64,000 nucleotides of DNA from an uncultured Methanoregulaceae archaeon. Its GTDB lineage: Archaea; Halobacteriota; Methanomicrobia; Methanomicrobiales; Methanospirillaceae. Positions 1-8,993 of this stretch are shown piece by piece. Each line of letters starts with the position of its first letter. Within the stretch, counting starts at the first letter, position 1. The stretch spans positions 2,112,001 to 2,176,000 of the forward strand of contig OY970343.1 in assembly GCA_963717525.1 (NCBI GenBank). Direction: 5' to 3'. Made by a program: the position numbers and the translations under genes. Below the pieces are notes generated by a model. That model did not search any database, was not told where the DNA came from, and was given only the letters and a program-made list of their open reading frames with translations.

Positions 1-480
1 CATTACCATCCTGCCGACCCCGCAGGCATCGGCTACCCCGAGCTGTACGATGTGACGGAAGGGAGGGCACTGTTCCTCATCCAGTCACGTACTCTCGACG
101 ATGTCATCCTCATCGGTGCGGAGACCGGGGCCCGGATTGTCGTCCCGCCGGGGTATGGCCATATCACCATCAACCCGTTACCGGATGCCACGCTCGTTCT
201 TGCAAACCTCGTCTCCACCGCGTTTGAGAGTGAGTATGGCGAGTATGAGACCCTGCACGGTGCGGCATACTATGTCATGAACGATGGCCGGATCATCAGG
301 AACCGGCACTACCCCGCGGTGCCAAAAGTCCGGCACGTTGCCGCGGTCAGGGGCAGGGATGCCATCGGCCGGGCCAGCACGGGAACGATCTATTCGCTCA
401 TCGGCGACCGGGATGCCCTCTCGTTTCTCAACGAGCCGGAGAACCACCCGGACGTTTTTACGGGACTGATAAAAGGCTAG
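1..480 (+). CDS. Cupin-type glucose-6-phosphate isomerase family protein (5' truncated by window edge)
   Basis: Frame 1 is open from base 1: HYHP...YPELYDVTEG...VVPPGYGHITIN, matching cupin PGI metal motifs. Confidence 0.85.
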   Translation, partial: HYHPADPAGIGYPELYDVTEGRALFLIQSRTLDDVILIGAETGARIVVPPGYGHITINPLPDATLVLANLVSTAFESEYGEYETLHGAAYYVMNDGRIIRNRHYPAVPKVRHVAAVRGRDAIGRASTGTIYSLIGDRDALSFLNEPENHPDVFTGLIKG

Positions 481-1204
481 GTGCAGGCAGGCGCTTGTGG
501 GCGTTTTTCTGTGCCCGGGCCAGCACTTTTTCTTCCACGGGTGACCCGGCCTTCCAGCCGTTTCCTTCGAGGTTTTTGAGCGCCGTATCGATCTCGGCAT
601 AGGAAAGACCGATCTCGCCTTCGTCACTCTGGCCTGCCCAGAGCCCGGCTGAGGGCGTTTTTTCAATGATCGGCGTCGGGATCTTCATCTCTTTTGCCAT
701 CTCGTAGACCTCGGTCTTGTACAGGTGGATAATAGGCTGGAAATCCGCGGCGTTGTCGCCGTACTTGGTGCAATATCCAAGCATGCACTCGCTCCGGTTG
801 GAGGTGCCGCAGACAAGCCGGTGGTCCCGGTTCGCGTGGTAGTACAGCACCGTCATCCGGATCCGGGCCATGAGGTTACCGAGCAGGTACAGTGATTCCA
901 CAAAGCCAGGGAGGGTTGCAAAAGCCGCAAGCATGGGGTCGATACTGATCACCCGGTGCTCCATCCCGAGCATGGCACAGAGCTCCTGTGCATCCCGAAC
1001 GTCCTGCGGGTTGCTCACCGATGTGGGCAGGGAGAGGCCGTGCACCTTGTCCGACCCGATTGCCCGGCAGCAGAATGCTGCTGCAAGCGCTGAGTCGACA
1101 CCCCCGGAGACCCCGATAACGATCCCCGAGCACCCGCTGTTCCAGTACGCATACCGGATCATCTGCTCGACCTGTCCCATTCTGCACCCGAGTTCTGCGG
1201 CCAT
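458..1204 (-). CDS. nadE: NH3-dependent NAD+ synthetase
   Basis: GVSGGVDS PP-loop, NLMARIRM, GTSNRSE, GYCTKYGD, PSAGLW. Confidence 0.95.
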   Translation of the reverse strand: MAAELGCRMGQVEQMIRYAYWNSGCSGIVIGVSGGVDSALAAAFCCRAIGSDKVHGLSLPTSVSNPQDVRDAQELCAMLGMEHRVISIDPMLAAFATLPGFVESLYLLGNLMARIRMTVLYYHANRDHRLVCGTSNRSECMLGYCTKYGDNAADFQPIIHLYKTEVYEMAKEMKIPTPIIEKTPSAGLWAGQSDEGEIGLSYAEIDTALKNLEGNGWKAGSPVEEKVLARAQKNAHKRLPAPSLLSVP

Positions 1205-1219
1205 TTCTGCTTTCCTGTG

Positions 1220-2920
1220 TTAGAATAAGCGGATAAATTTTTTTAACTGTTCGGTGTTTCCCGCCACGATTACGGCATCCCCTTCCCGGAGCACCTCTGT
1301 ACCGGGAGGTGAGACCGTGATCCTGCCCGGCCCCTCAATACCGAGCACCCGCACGCCGGTCTTTGCCTCTGCGATCCGAACGGTCAGGCTGGCGTGGCCT
1401 GTGACCTGTTTCAGGGCGACAATCTCGCCGTCCGGGAGATCGATGATAATGGTGATTGTCCCGGCGAGCACGATCCTCCCCACAGTCTGCCCTCCGATCC
1501 GCGGGAGCAGCGCGACGTAATCCGCCCCGGCCCGGTACAGCTTCTCCACGGCAGCAGGGTCGTTTGCCCGGGCCAGGATGCGGATACCGGGATTGAGGTT
1601 GCGTGCCATCAGCGTCGTGAAGATATTCACGTCATCATCGTTGAGCGCGACGATGCAGAACCGGGCCTCCCCGATCCGGGCCTCGTTTAAGATCTCCTCG
1701 CTCTCTGCGTTCCCGACAACCTCATTCACCTCATACTTCTTTGCATCGACTACCACGCAGGCGATGCCCGAAGCGATCATCTCGGTGTACGCGGCTGACC
1801 CCACGTCGCCGAACCCGGCGATGACCGCGTGGCCGATCTGCTCCCTGTTTACCTCCAGTTCTTCATGGACTGCCCGGCGTATCGCGTCGGCTCTTCCGAA
1901 TAAAAAGAGCGAGGTCGTGGCATCGATCAGCTCTGAAGGATCCGGCTGTGAGATGAACCTGCCGGCTTTCCAGATAAACGGCACGATGATGCCGTACTGC
2001 CCGTACAGGTCAAGTCCGCTAAGCTGTTTTCCTGTGGCCTTGCTATCAGGCATGACGGGGATGTGGATCAGCCGGAGATTTTTCTCCGGGTACTCCTCCC
2101 CGTTTATCGAGAGACGGTCAAGCCCGGGAATGGCGGGCGCCGTGTCCCCGACCGGATTGAGGACGGCATGCCGGGCAAGGATCCTGCCAGTCACCTGTTT
2201 GGGAGAGAGCACGTACTCCGCCCCGGCATACCTCAGGTACCGGTCAAAAGAGAGTTTGTCGACGATCGAGATGATCCGTGCCGAGGTGATACCCCGTATC
2301 CCGAGGATAATGCTTGCCGTTGTCCGCTCGTTCTCGCAGAGAATCACAAAATCCGCGTTCTTGATCCATGCCTGCTCCCACGTCTGCGGATCATCGTACT
2401 CGCCCCAGAGGACAAATGCCCTCCTGAGATGCCTGAGGGCCAGGTCGCGTGCAGCTTTCTCATCCTCTTCGACAATGAGCACCTCTTTTTCCGAAAGTGA
2501 CAGGCTTTCAACCAGTGCACGGGACAGCTCACCATTCCCGACGATCACGGTGTGGTGGTAGAGGGGATGGGGCGTCCGGCGTGCCGGTCCCGAGCGGAGC
2601 ACTGCGACGAGGTAAGGGGTGAGGATAAGGGGGATGACCATGAAGATCATGATCACTCCCGCAAGCATCATGATCGTCGACAAAATGATGATTGTATCCG
2701 AATGGTAGGCAAGCAGGCTTCCGGTGGTCGTAATCGTCTGTATAACGAACAGTAACGACTGCGCCCAGTCGACCGTTTTTCCCTCAAAAGCGGGATACAA
2801 CCCGTGAAAGATAACCGTGAAGATGGTGATGAGCAGGGCGAAGAGCACGAAGTAGATCAGGACCCGCATCTTTGCCGATGTGTGGATAATCCTCCAGATG
2901 ACATTTTGTCGTGATCTCAT
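1220..2920 (-). CDS. 2-TM ion channel with tandem RCK (TrkA-N/TrkA-C) domains
   Basis: TM-pore-TM N-terminus; VIVGNGELS and VIAGFGDVG Rossmann motifs; ATG at 2920 overlaps the upstream gene's TGA (ATGA). Confidence 0.85.
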   Translation of the reverse strand: MRSRQNVIWRIIHTSAKMRVLIYFVLFALLITIFTVIFHGLYPAFEGKTVDWAQSLLFVIQTITTTGSLLAYHSDTIIILSTIMMLAGVIMIFMVIPLILTPYLVAVLRSGPARRTPHPLYHHTVIVGNGELSRALVESLSLSEKEVLIVEEDEKAARDLALRHLRRAFVLWGEYDDPQTWEQAWIKNADFVILCENERTTASIILGIRGITSARIISIVDKLSFDRYLRYAGAEYVLSPKQVTGRILARHAVLNPVGDTAPAIPGLDRLSINGEEYPEKNLRLIHIPVMPDSKATGKQLSGLDLYGQYGIIVPFIWKAGRFISQPDPSELIDATTSLFLFGRADAIRRAVHEELEVNREQIGHAVIAGFGDVGSAAYTEMIASGIACVVVDAKKYEVNEVVGNAESEEILNEARIGEARFCIVALNDDDVNIFTTLMARNLNPGIRILARANDPAAVEKLYRAGADYVALLPRIGGQTVGRIVLAGTITIIIDLPDGEIVALKQVTGHASLTVRIAEAKTGVRVLGIEGPGRITVSPPGTEVLREGDAVIVAGNTEQLKKFIRLF

Positions 2921-3835
2921 GCCAGCGTCCCCCGGCCGGTATTCCGGCGGATACCGCATCCCTCGCATTTCCCGCCGGAGAGTGGGCTGCCGCACGCCGG
3001 GCAAACCGGGGCAGGATCGAACCCGGCCGCAATGCCGGCAAGGGTCCCGGCGAGGTTAGCGAGTGCGAACTTGGTGGCCGGGTGCCGGTGGTCGTAGACG
3101 TCAAGCGCTGCCCGTGCATCGGCTGCACGAGAGCTCCCGACGGTGCAGGGGCAGGACGGCAGGAATCCGCAGGGGACGGCTGAGGTGGCGTGCAGTTCCG
3201 CGTACCGTGCAACCTCCGCTGCCGGGATCTCCATGAACGGCCGGATTACGGGAATGCCGGATCTCCCCACGAAATGCCGGGGGAACAGGGTGTGTTCGAC
3301 CGAGCCGGTAAATAAGATCGGTAAAGAACGCCTCTGCGATCTCGTCCACCGACGTGGCGAATGCACACCGGGTCACACACTGTGCAGCTGCTATCTCCCC
3401 GATGAGATCGCCTGCGAGCACCCGGCAGGAGCGGCAGGCGGACTCCTGCCCTTCCTGCCGCATGAGTTTGTCCATAGTAACACTATACCGCTCCGCAAAC
3501 GAGCCGGAGAACCATGGAACACCGCAGGCACCTGCAATCGTTCCGGCCTGCTCCGCGACCGGGTAACCAGTGATCCCGGGATCAACAGTAATCGCAGAGA
3601 GCCGGACGTCCCGGCGGTTGGCGGTCAGGTGGAAAAGAAAGGAGAGGAGGGCAGCGCTGGGAGCGTCTCCCGATGAAGCCACGGCGATATGATCGCCCGG
3701 GCGGAGCCAGCCGTGGGTCCGTATGGTGCGTTTGGCCTTTGCCTCAAGATCACGGGTGAAATGCACCGGGCAGAGGTGTTTTCCCGAATAAGGCTGGAAG
3801 ACAACAGCCTCGCGCCTGCACGCATCGCACTGCAT
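2917..3835 (-). CDS. TtuA/Ncs6 (tRNA thiolase)-like protein, degenerate PP-loop; one frameshift near 3311
   Basis: N-terminal CDAC..CPVH Zn finger, GDHIAVASSGDAPS, CRSC, VIRPF, C-terminal CPAC..CEGC; split between ORFs 3101..4096 and 2917..3366. Confidence 0.8.
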
Positions 3836-3950
3836 GGGTGACAGATCCTGTTCTGATCTGGATGACCAAAGATGTTTAAGGTTGTGATGCTCCGGCGGTA
3901 TGTACGGAGCCCATGATTTTATAGTCTGCCACATAACCACTCTAGCAACC

Positions 3951-4808
3951 ATGGTCGTGTCCCCGGAGCGGATTCGCAGCCTGCATAAGTACGAGAAGGC
4001 GATCCTCCTCGCGCTTGAACGCCAGATGAAGCGGTACGAGTGGGTGCCGCTCGAAAGCCTCCAGCAGGCGACAGAGCTCTCCGAGTCCGAGGTCAATTAC
4101 CGGTTGTCCCGGCTTATCCAGTGGGGCATGGTGCGGTTCAACCCGGTACCGTACGACGGCTACGCGCTCGTCTTTGGCGGGTACGATACGCTCGCGCTTA
4201 CCACCCTTACCCGGAAGGGCATCATCTCGGCGCTGGGTACAAAAATCGGCGAGGGAAAGGAGTCCGTTGTCTACGATGCCCTCGGTCTTGGGCCGGTTGC
4301 GATCAAGTTTCACCGGATCGGCCAGCGCTCGTTCAACACGCCCCGGATCAACCGGGAGTATCTCCCTGAGACCGGCAGTTGCCCGTGGCTGCTTGCCTCC
4401 CGGCTCTCCGCCGAACGAGAATACGCGGCGCTCTGCACCCTCCGCCCGAAGGTCTCTGTCCCGCTTCCCGTGGGCCAGAACCGGAACGCAGTTGTGATGG
4501 CGCTTATTTCCGGACCGGGCCTCGCCCGGTGCCGGCTTACCGACCCGGCGGCTACGCTTGATGAGATCCTTGCAAACGTGCGGGCCGCGTACCGGGCCGG
4601 TGTTATCCACGCGGATCTCTCGGAGTTCAACATCCTCATGGAGGACAACAGATGCGTCCTCATCGACTGGCCACAGTGGATGGAGACCAGTCATCCCAAT
4701 GCCGGCACCATCATCGAGCGTGATATCAACAATATCCTCGCCTTCTTTGTGAGGAAGTACAAACTTGCGTATGATCCCGGGGAAGCACTGCGATGCGTGA
4801 CCGGCTGA
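3951..4808 (+). CDS. rio2: RIO2-type serine/threonine kinase
   Basis: N-terminal winged helix, IGEGKESVVY, IHADLSEFNI, LIDWPQ. Confidence 0.9.
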   Translation: MVVSPERIRSLHKYEKAILLALERQMKRYEWVPLESLQQATELSESEVNYRLSRLIQWGMVRFNPVPYDGYALVFGGYDTLALTTLTRKGIISALGTKIGEGKESVVYDALGLGPVAIKFHRIGQRSFNTPRINREYLPETGSCPWLLASRLSAEREYAALCTLRPKVSVPLPVGQNRNAVVMALISGPGLARCRLTDPAATLDEILANVRAAYRAGVIHADLSEFNILMEDNRCVLIDWPQWMETSHPNAGTIIERDINNILAFFVRKYKLAYDPGEALRCVTG

Positions 4809-6760
4809 GTGTTTTTGGGATCGATATCGTCAAAGGCTCGGTACGTTCGCGATCCCGCCGGCCGATGTATGCCCTCGTCCGGATGGAGGGGCAGGAGATC
4901 ACAAGTGAGACCACGGTCTCGATGTTCCGGCTCTTCCGGCTCCTCTCAGAGGAACGGCCTGACATCCTTGCCGTCGACAGCCTGCAGGAGATTGCAACCG
5001 ACCAGCACGGGCTCTTCTTCTTTCTGCAGGGCCTTCCGCCGCAGACGAAGCTCGTGCAAGTGACCGGCGGCGAAAAAAAGGAAACTCTCGGGAAGGTCGC
5101 CGCCCGGTTTAACATCAGCTTCGACCGGTTCGACCCCTTTGCCGAGGCCCGCACGACCGCACGGGTTGCATCACTCGGCGCCGGGGCAGAGGTCATCGCG
5201 TTCGAGAACGAAAGCGAGGTCGTCGTCAGCCGTCACCGTTCGCCGGGCCGTGGCGGCTGGAGCCAGAACCGGTACGTGCGGAAGATCCACGGTGCAGTCC
5301 AGCTCAAAGGGCGGGAAATCGAGATGCAGCTGGCGACGACCGGCCTCCGGTACGAGAAGAAGGAGACGAAAGCGTTCGGGGGGTGCAGCCGGGTGGTCTT
5401 CCGGGTCTTTGCCGCCCGGGGACTGGTGCCGGTTTCCACATACCGCGGGGCCGACGTGCAGGTCCGGATCAGTGGCAAGCGCCTCGAACGGATCCGGTTC
5501 CGGCCACTCTCGGGGAAACCCCGGTACCTTATTGTGGGCATAGACCCGGGCACAACAACAGCGATAGCCGCCCTCGACCTTGACGGCAACCTCCTGCACC
5601 TCGAAAGTTCACGGCAAATGGACATGTCTGGTGTGATCGAGGCCCTGTATAAGGTAGGTAAGCCGCTCGTGATCGCCTCCGACGTCCAAGTGATGCCCTA
5701 TTCGGTGGAGAAGATCCGGCGGGCGTTCTCGGCGGTTGCCTATACGCCTAAACAGGACACCGCTGTGGAGGCAAAGCTCGCGCTGACGGCAGGTTATCCG
5801 TATGCGAACGTCCACGAGCGCGACGCCCTCTCTGCCGCTCTCGACGCATACGTCCAGTACCAACACAAGTTCCGGAACCTCATCAAACGGGTACCCCCGG
5901 GCCACGATCTCGACGAGGTCCGGGCCCGGGTGATCCGGGGACAGGCACTCGACCAGGTACTTGTTGATCTTCACGCTGTTACAACGGTTGCCCCGGCAAT
6001 AGAGGCCCTCGTGGCCCCGGTTGAGGCCCGGCATGACGAACGGGTACGGGTGCTGGACGGGATGGTAAAACGCCTGCGCACGTACGTGGCCGAACTCCAG
6101 GAGGAAGTCAAGGCAAAGGAGTACGAGATCCACCGGCTCCAGGGACGGCTCCGCGGCATGCACGAGCGCCGGGACGTGCAGATTGCCAAGGATGCTGAGG
6201 TCGCAAAACGGGATGCGATCATCCAGAGCCTGAAAAAACGGCTCAGGAAGGAGGAGCGCCACGGCCGCACGCTTGCAAAACGGGTGGAACGGATCCGGAC
6301 ATTCGCCGAGCTCTCCATCGATGGCGAAGCGCTTCCGGTCAAGGTGCTGGATGCGCTCACCAAAGAGGGGCTGCGCCGGCTCACGGAAGACACCGGTATC
6401 GGCGAAGGAGAGATCGTGTACGTGCAGCGCATCGGTGGCTGGGGGCGCAGCGTGGTCAGGGATCTTGCGGGCATCGGGATCCGGGCCCTGATCACTCCTG
6501 CTGCCGGAGAAGGCGATCCGCAGATCCACGCAGAATTCCGGGAGGCCGGCATCCCCCTGCTGTCTGCCATGGATACCGGTGTGCAGGTGCGGGGCAGGCA
6601 GGGCCTTGCCCCCAAAGACCGTGTCGAATCTGCCCTCTCCCTCTGGCAGGAAGAACAGGCGCAGTTTTTGCATGAGAAAGAATCCAGCCGGATCGAGCAC
6701 ATGTTCAAGGAGTACAAGAGCGAACGTGGTAAGGAAGTGCGAAAAGGGGGGAGCAGCTGA
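4793..6760 (+). CDS. DUF460 family protein (RNase H-like fold plus coiled coil)
   Basis: GGWSQNRYVR, IVGIDPGTTTA, HERDAL, long coiled coil. Confidence 0.85.
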   Translation: MRDRLSVFGIDIVKGSVRSRSRRPMYALVRMEGQEITSETTVSMFRLFRLLSEERPDILAVDSLQEIATDQHGLFFFLQGLPPQTKLVQVTGGEKKETLGKVAARFNISFDRFDPFAEARTTARVASLGAGAEVIAFENESEVVVSRHRSPGRGGWSQNRYVRKIHGAVQLKGREIEMQLATTGLRYEKKETKAFGGCSRVVFRVFAARGLVPVSTYRGADVQVRISGKRLERIRFRPLSGKPRYLIVGIDPGTTTAIAALDLDGNLLHLESSRQMDMSGVIEALYKVGKPLVIASDVQVMPYSVEKIRRAFSAVAYTPKQDTAVEAKLALTAGYPYANVHERDALSAALDAYVQYQHKFRNLIKRVPPGHDLDEVRARVIRGQALDQVLVDLHAVTTVAPAIEALVAPVEARHDERVRVLDGMVKRLRTYVAELQEEVKAKEYEIHRLQGRLRGMHERRDVQIAKDAEVAKRDAIIQSLKKRLRKEERHGRTLAKRVERIRTFAELSIDGEALPVKVLDALTKEGLRRLTEDTGIGEGEIVYVQRIGGWGRSVVRDLAGIGIRALITPAAGEGDPQIHAEFREAGIPLLSAMDTGVQVRGRQGLAPKDRVESALSLWQEEQAQFLHEKESSRIEHMFKEYKSERGKEVRKGGSS

Positions 6761-6762
6761 CC

Positions 6763-7627
6763 ATGGACGACCGGGAACTCTTGAAGACTGTAATGGCGAT
6801 CATCGGAGAGGAGAACTGCCGCGATGACTGCGCCATGCTCCCGTGCGGGGACCATGTGATGGTAGCAACGACCGATATGCTCCACAAGACAACCGATTTT
6901 GTGGACGGCATGACCGACTGGCAGATCGGCTGGATGAGCGCCGCGGTCACCATCAGCGACATCGCGAGCATGGGCGCAGCCCCGAAGTACGTGCTCATCG
7001 CGGTGGGGCTTTCCCGGTGGGAGCAGCTTGCCGGCATCATGCAGGGGGCGCAGGACTGCAGTAAAAAATTCGGCGCTGCGATCATCGGCGGTGATATCGA
7101 CCACCACGATGAGCTCACGGTCGTGACGACCGGCCTTGGTCTTGTGGACCGGGCGCACCTTGTGCAGCGGACTGGTGCCCGTCCAGGCGACCTTGTCTGT
7201 ATCACCGGGAGCCCGGGGCAGGCGCAGGCATGGCTCGACGGGTACAAACAGTTCGAAAAAGCACTTTTCGAGCCGCAGCCCCGGGTGGCAGAGGGGCAGG
7301 TGCTCGCTCGCGGGGGAGTGACCGCGATGATGGACGATAGCGACGGGATCGCGCTCTCGCTCTACGATCTTATGAGCGTCAACGCATGCGGGTTCTCCAT
7401 CGACCCGGAGAAACTGCCCCTGCCGCCGGGCATTCCTCGAGTCCCGGGCCCGGGAACTGGCGCTGTACGGCGGCGGGGACTACGAGCTGATCTTCACCCT
7501 GCCCCCGGAACGGTACCCCGTACCTGGCGTGCCCTGCAGAGTGATCGGGAGAGCCATACCGGAGAAGGCGGTGCTTGCGGGGGGAAAACCGGTGGAGAAA
7601 CGAGGGTACCAGCACCGGTGGGCGTGA
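6763..7627 (+). CDS. thiL: Thiamine-monophosphate kinase; frameshift near 7438
   Basis: DDCA, SDIASMGA, IIGGD, MMDDSDG; the C-terminus ALYGGGDYELIF...RGYQH lies in the +1 frame and ends at TGA 7625-7627. Confidence 0.9.
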
Positions 7628-7711
7628 GCCAGCACCGCGGCAGGTGCCGGCGCATTTCTCTTAAATACAAAAAACAAAAGGTACTGGAGATCAAGGAGCC
7701 ATTCACCACTC

Positions 7712-8167
7712 ATGGACTCGCTGGAGAGCAAACTGGATCGCCTTTCGGCAGAGCAGCGCCGGGAGGCCGAGGACTTCATCGACTTTCTGATCCAGCGGGC
7801 GGAAGGGATCAGGGTGACTGTACAGCTGCCATCGCACGATGTCTCCCCGGCCATGAAATCGGTCGCACCCCCCCTCATCACCCCGGATCCTGTTACTGTG
7901 GAGGAGCCGGCAGTATCCCAGTCCCGGGATAATGCCCCTACGCCGGCTGCAGCTGACCCGGTTCCTGAAGCCGAACCGCAGGCCGTCGTCCACGAGATCG
8001 AGATCGATGACGGGCTCCTCGACTACGGAAAATTCGAGAGAACAGTCGCAGCGCCGGCCCCGCTCCCCTCATCTCCCGCAGATGCTGCGGTGCAGAAGGT
8101 CAAGAGAAAGCTGATCCAGAAGAGCGAGCAGGCATCAAAGAACCAGCTCCTTGACTGGATGGATTAA
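7712..8167 (+). CDS. Hypothetical protein, DUF2281-like N-terminal helix and Pro/Ala-rich linker
   Basis: LSAEQRREAEDFIDFL N-terminus; plausible ATG and codon usage. Confidence 0.65.
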   Translation: MDSLESKLDRLSAEQRREAEDFIDFLIQRAEGIRVTVQLPSHDVSPAMKSVAPPLITPDPVTVEEPAVSQSRDNAPTPAAADPVPEAEPQAVVHEIEIDDGLLDYGKFERTVAAPAPLPSSPADAAVQKVKRKLIQKSEQASKNQLLDWMD

Positions 8168-8212
8168 TTTTCAAAAAACTGCTCTAAAGAAATCATGTGT
8201 GGGATTTGGAAG

Positions 8213-8264
8213 AACGCTTCTTTTAGGGCTCCGGCGAGCCTCCGCCCCCGCCCCCTCGGGGCAT
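8213..8264. repeat. GC-rich dispersed intergenic repeat, copy 1
   Basis: Aligns over ~50 nt with 44022-44073; identical 16-nt core AGCCTCCGCCCCCGCC (8237-8252 and 44048-44063). Confidence 0.6.
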
Positions 8265-8332
8265 GGCTGGCGTGAGGGGGGCTGCATATTAAAAAAAATT
8301 TTCCCCCGAAAAAAAAGAACAATAAAAACCGA

Positions 8333-8404
8333 TGGACTCGACGGGATTCGAACCCGTGGCCTTCACGTTGCAAACGTGACGATCTACCCCTGATCTACGA
8401 GCCC
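8333..8404 (-). tRNA. tRNA-Ala(TGC)
   Basis: GGGCTCGTAGATCAGGGGTAGATCGTCACGTT-TGC-AACGTGAAGGCCACGGGTTCGAATCCCGTCGAGTCCA folds as a cloverleaf with a G3:U70 pair. Confidence 0.97.
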
Positions 8405-8617
8405 TCTTATGCGGCATATACTTTTCCCGCCGATTCCATATAGTTGTTACTGATCGGCCTGATACTATCGAGGCTCCTGTGGGCTCCCCCGGTTTTCTGG
8501 GGTGTCGGCTGGAATTGACGGAGCTGAACATTTTATAAAACCCCGGGCCCAAGAAATGATCAGGATGCCCGGCACAATGCAGCACCCTGCACCCCGTGAA
8601 AAAACCGGAGATTCCCC

Positions 8618-8800
8618 ATGGTAAAACTGATCATCGAACCCAAAAAGACAAAGGATGGCCAGATCGACTATATCGTCACGTACCACGATGTAAAGACCGA
8701 CAACCAGTTCACCGTCACGACCACAAACGACCTCAGCGAGGCTGTGCAACGGTTGAAAGAGACCCTGGAAAACGAGATAAAGGTCCTTACCTCGAAATAA
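8618..8800 (+). CDS. Small hypothetical protein (60 aa), possibly HicB-N-like fold
   Basis: GGAG RBS upstream, T-rich run downstream, beta-beta-beta-alpha pattern. Confidence 0.7.
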   Translation: MVKLIIEPKKTKDGQIDYIVTYHDVKTDNQFTVTTTNDLSEAVQRLKETLENEIKVLTSK

Positions 8801-8842
8801 ACCGGAAAAACCCGGTTCTTTTTTAATTTTATAAAAACGACA

Positions 8843-8914
8843 TGGACCCGGCGGGATTTGAACCCGCGGCCTCTACGTTGCGAACGTAGCGATCTACCCC
8901 TGATCTACGAGCCC
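8843..8914 (-). tRNA. tRNA-Ala(CGC)
   Basis: GGGCTCGTAGATCAGGGGTAGATCGCTACGTT-CGC-AACGTAGAGGCCGCGGGTTCAAATCCCGCCGGGTCCA folds as a cloverleaf. Confidence 0.97.
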
Positions 8915-8993
8915 GGTGTGGTATTACAATTCTCCCGCGGATGGAATATAGTTGTTGCTGTAGCAGGCAAATCCTTGCGAAAAAATAGAAAAA

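Noticed and set aside
5609..7158. Long antisense ORFs (363-395 aa) and similar shadow ORFs throughout the window
   Set aside because: They overlap well-supported genes on the opposite strand, have no motifs, and are expected in GC-rich coding DNA.
8333..8914. Integrated element bounded by att repeats in tRNA-Ala
   Set aside because: Both copies are complete tRNAs with different anticodons and their own promoters; there is no integrase and only ~440 bp between them.
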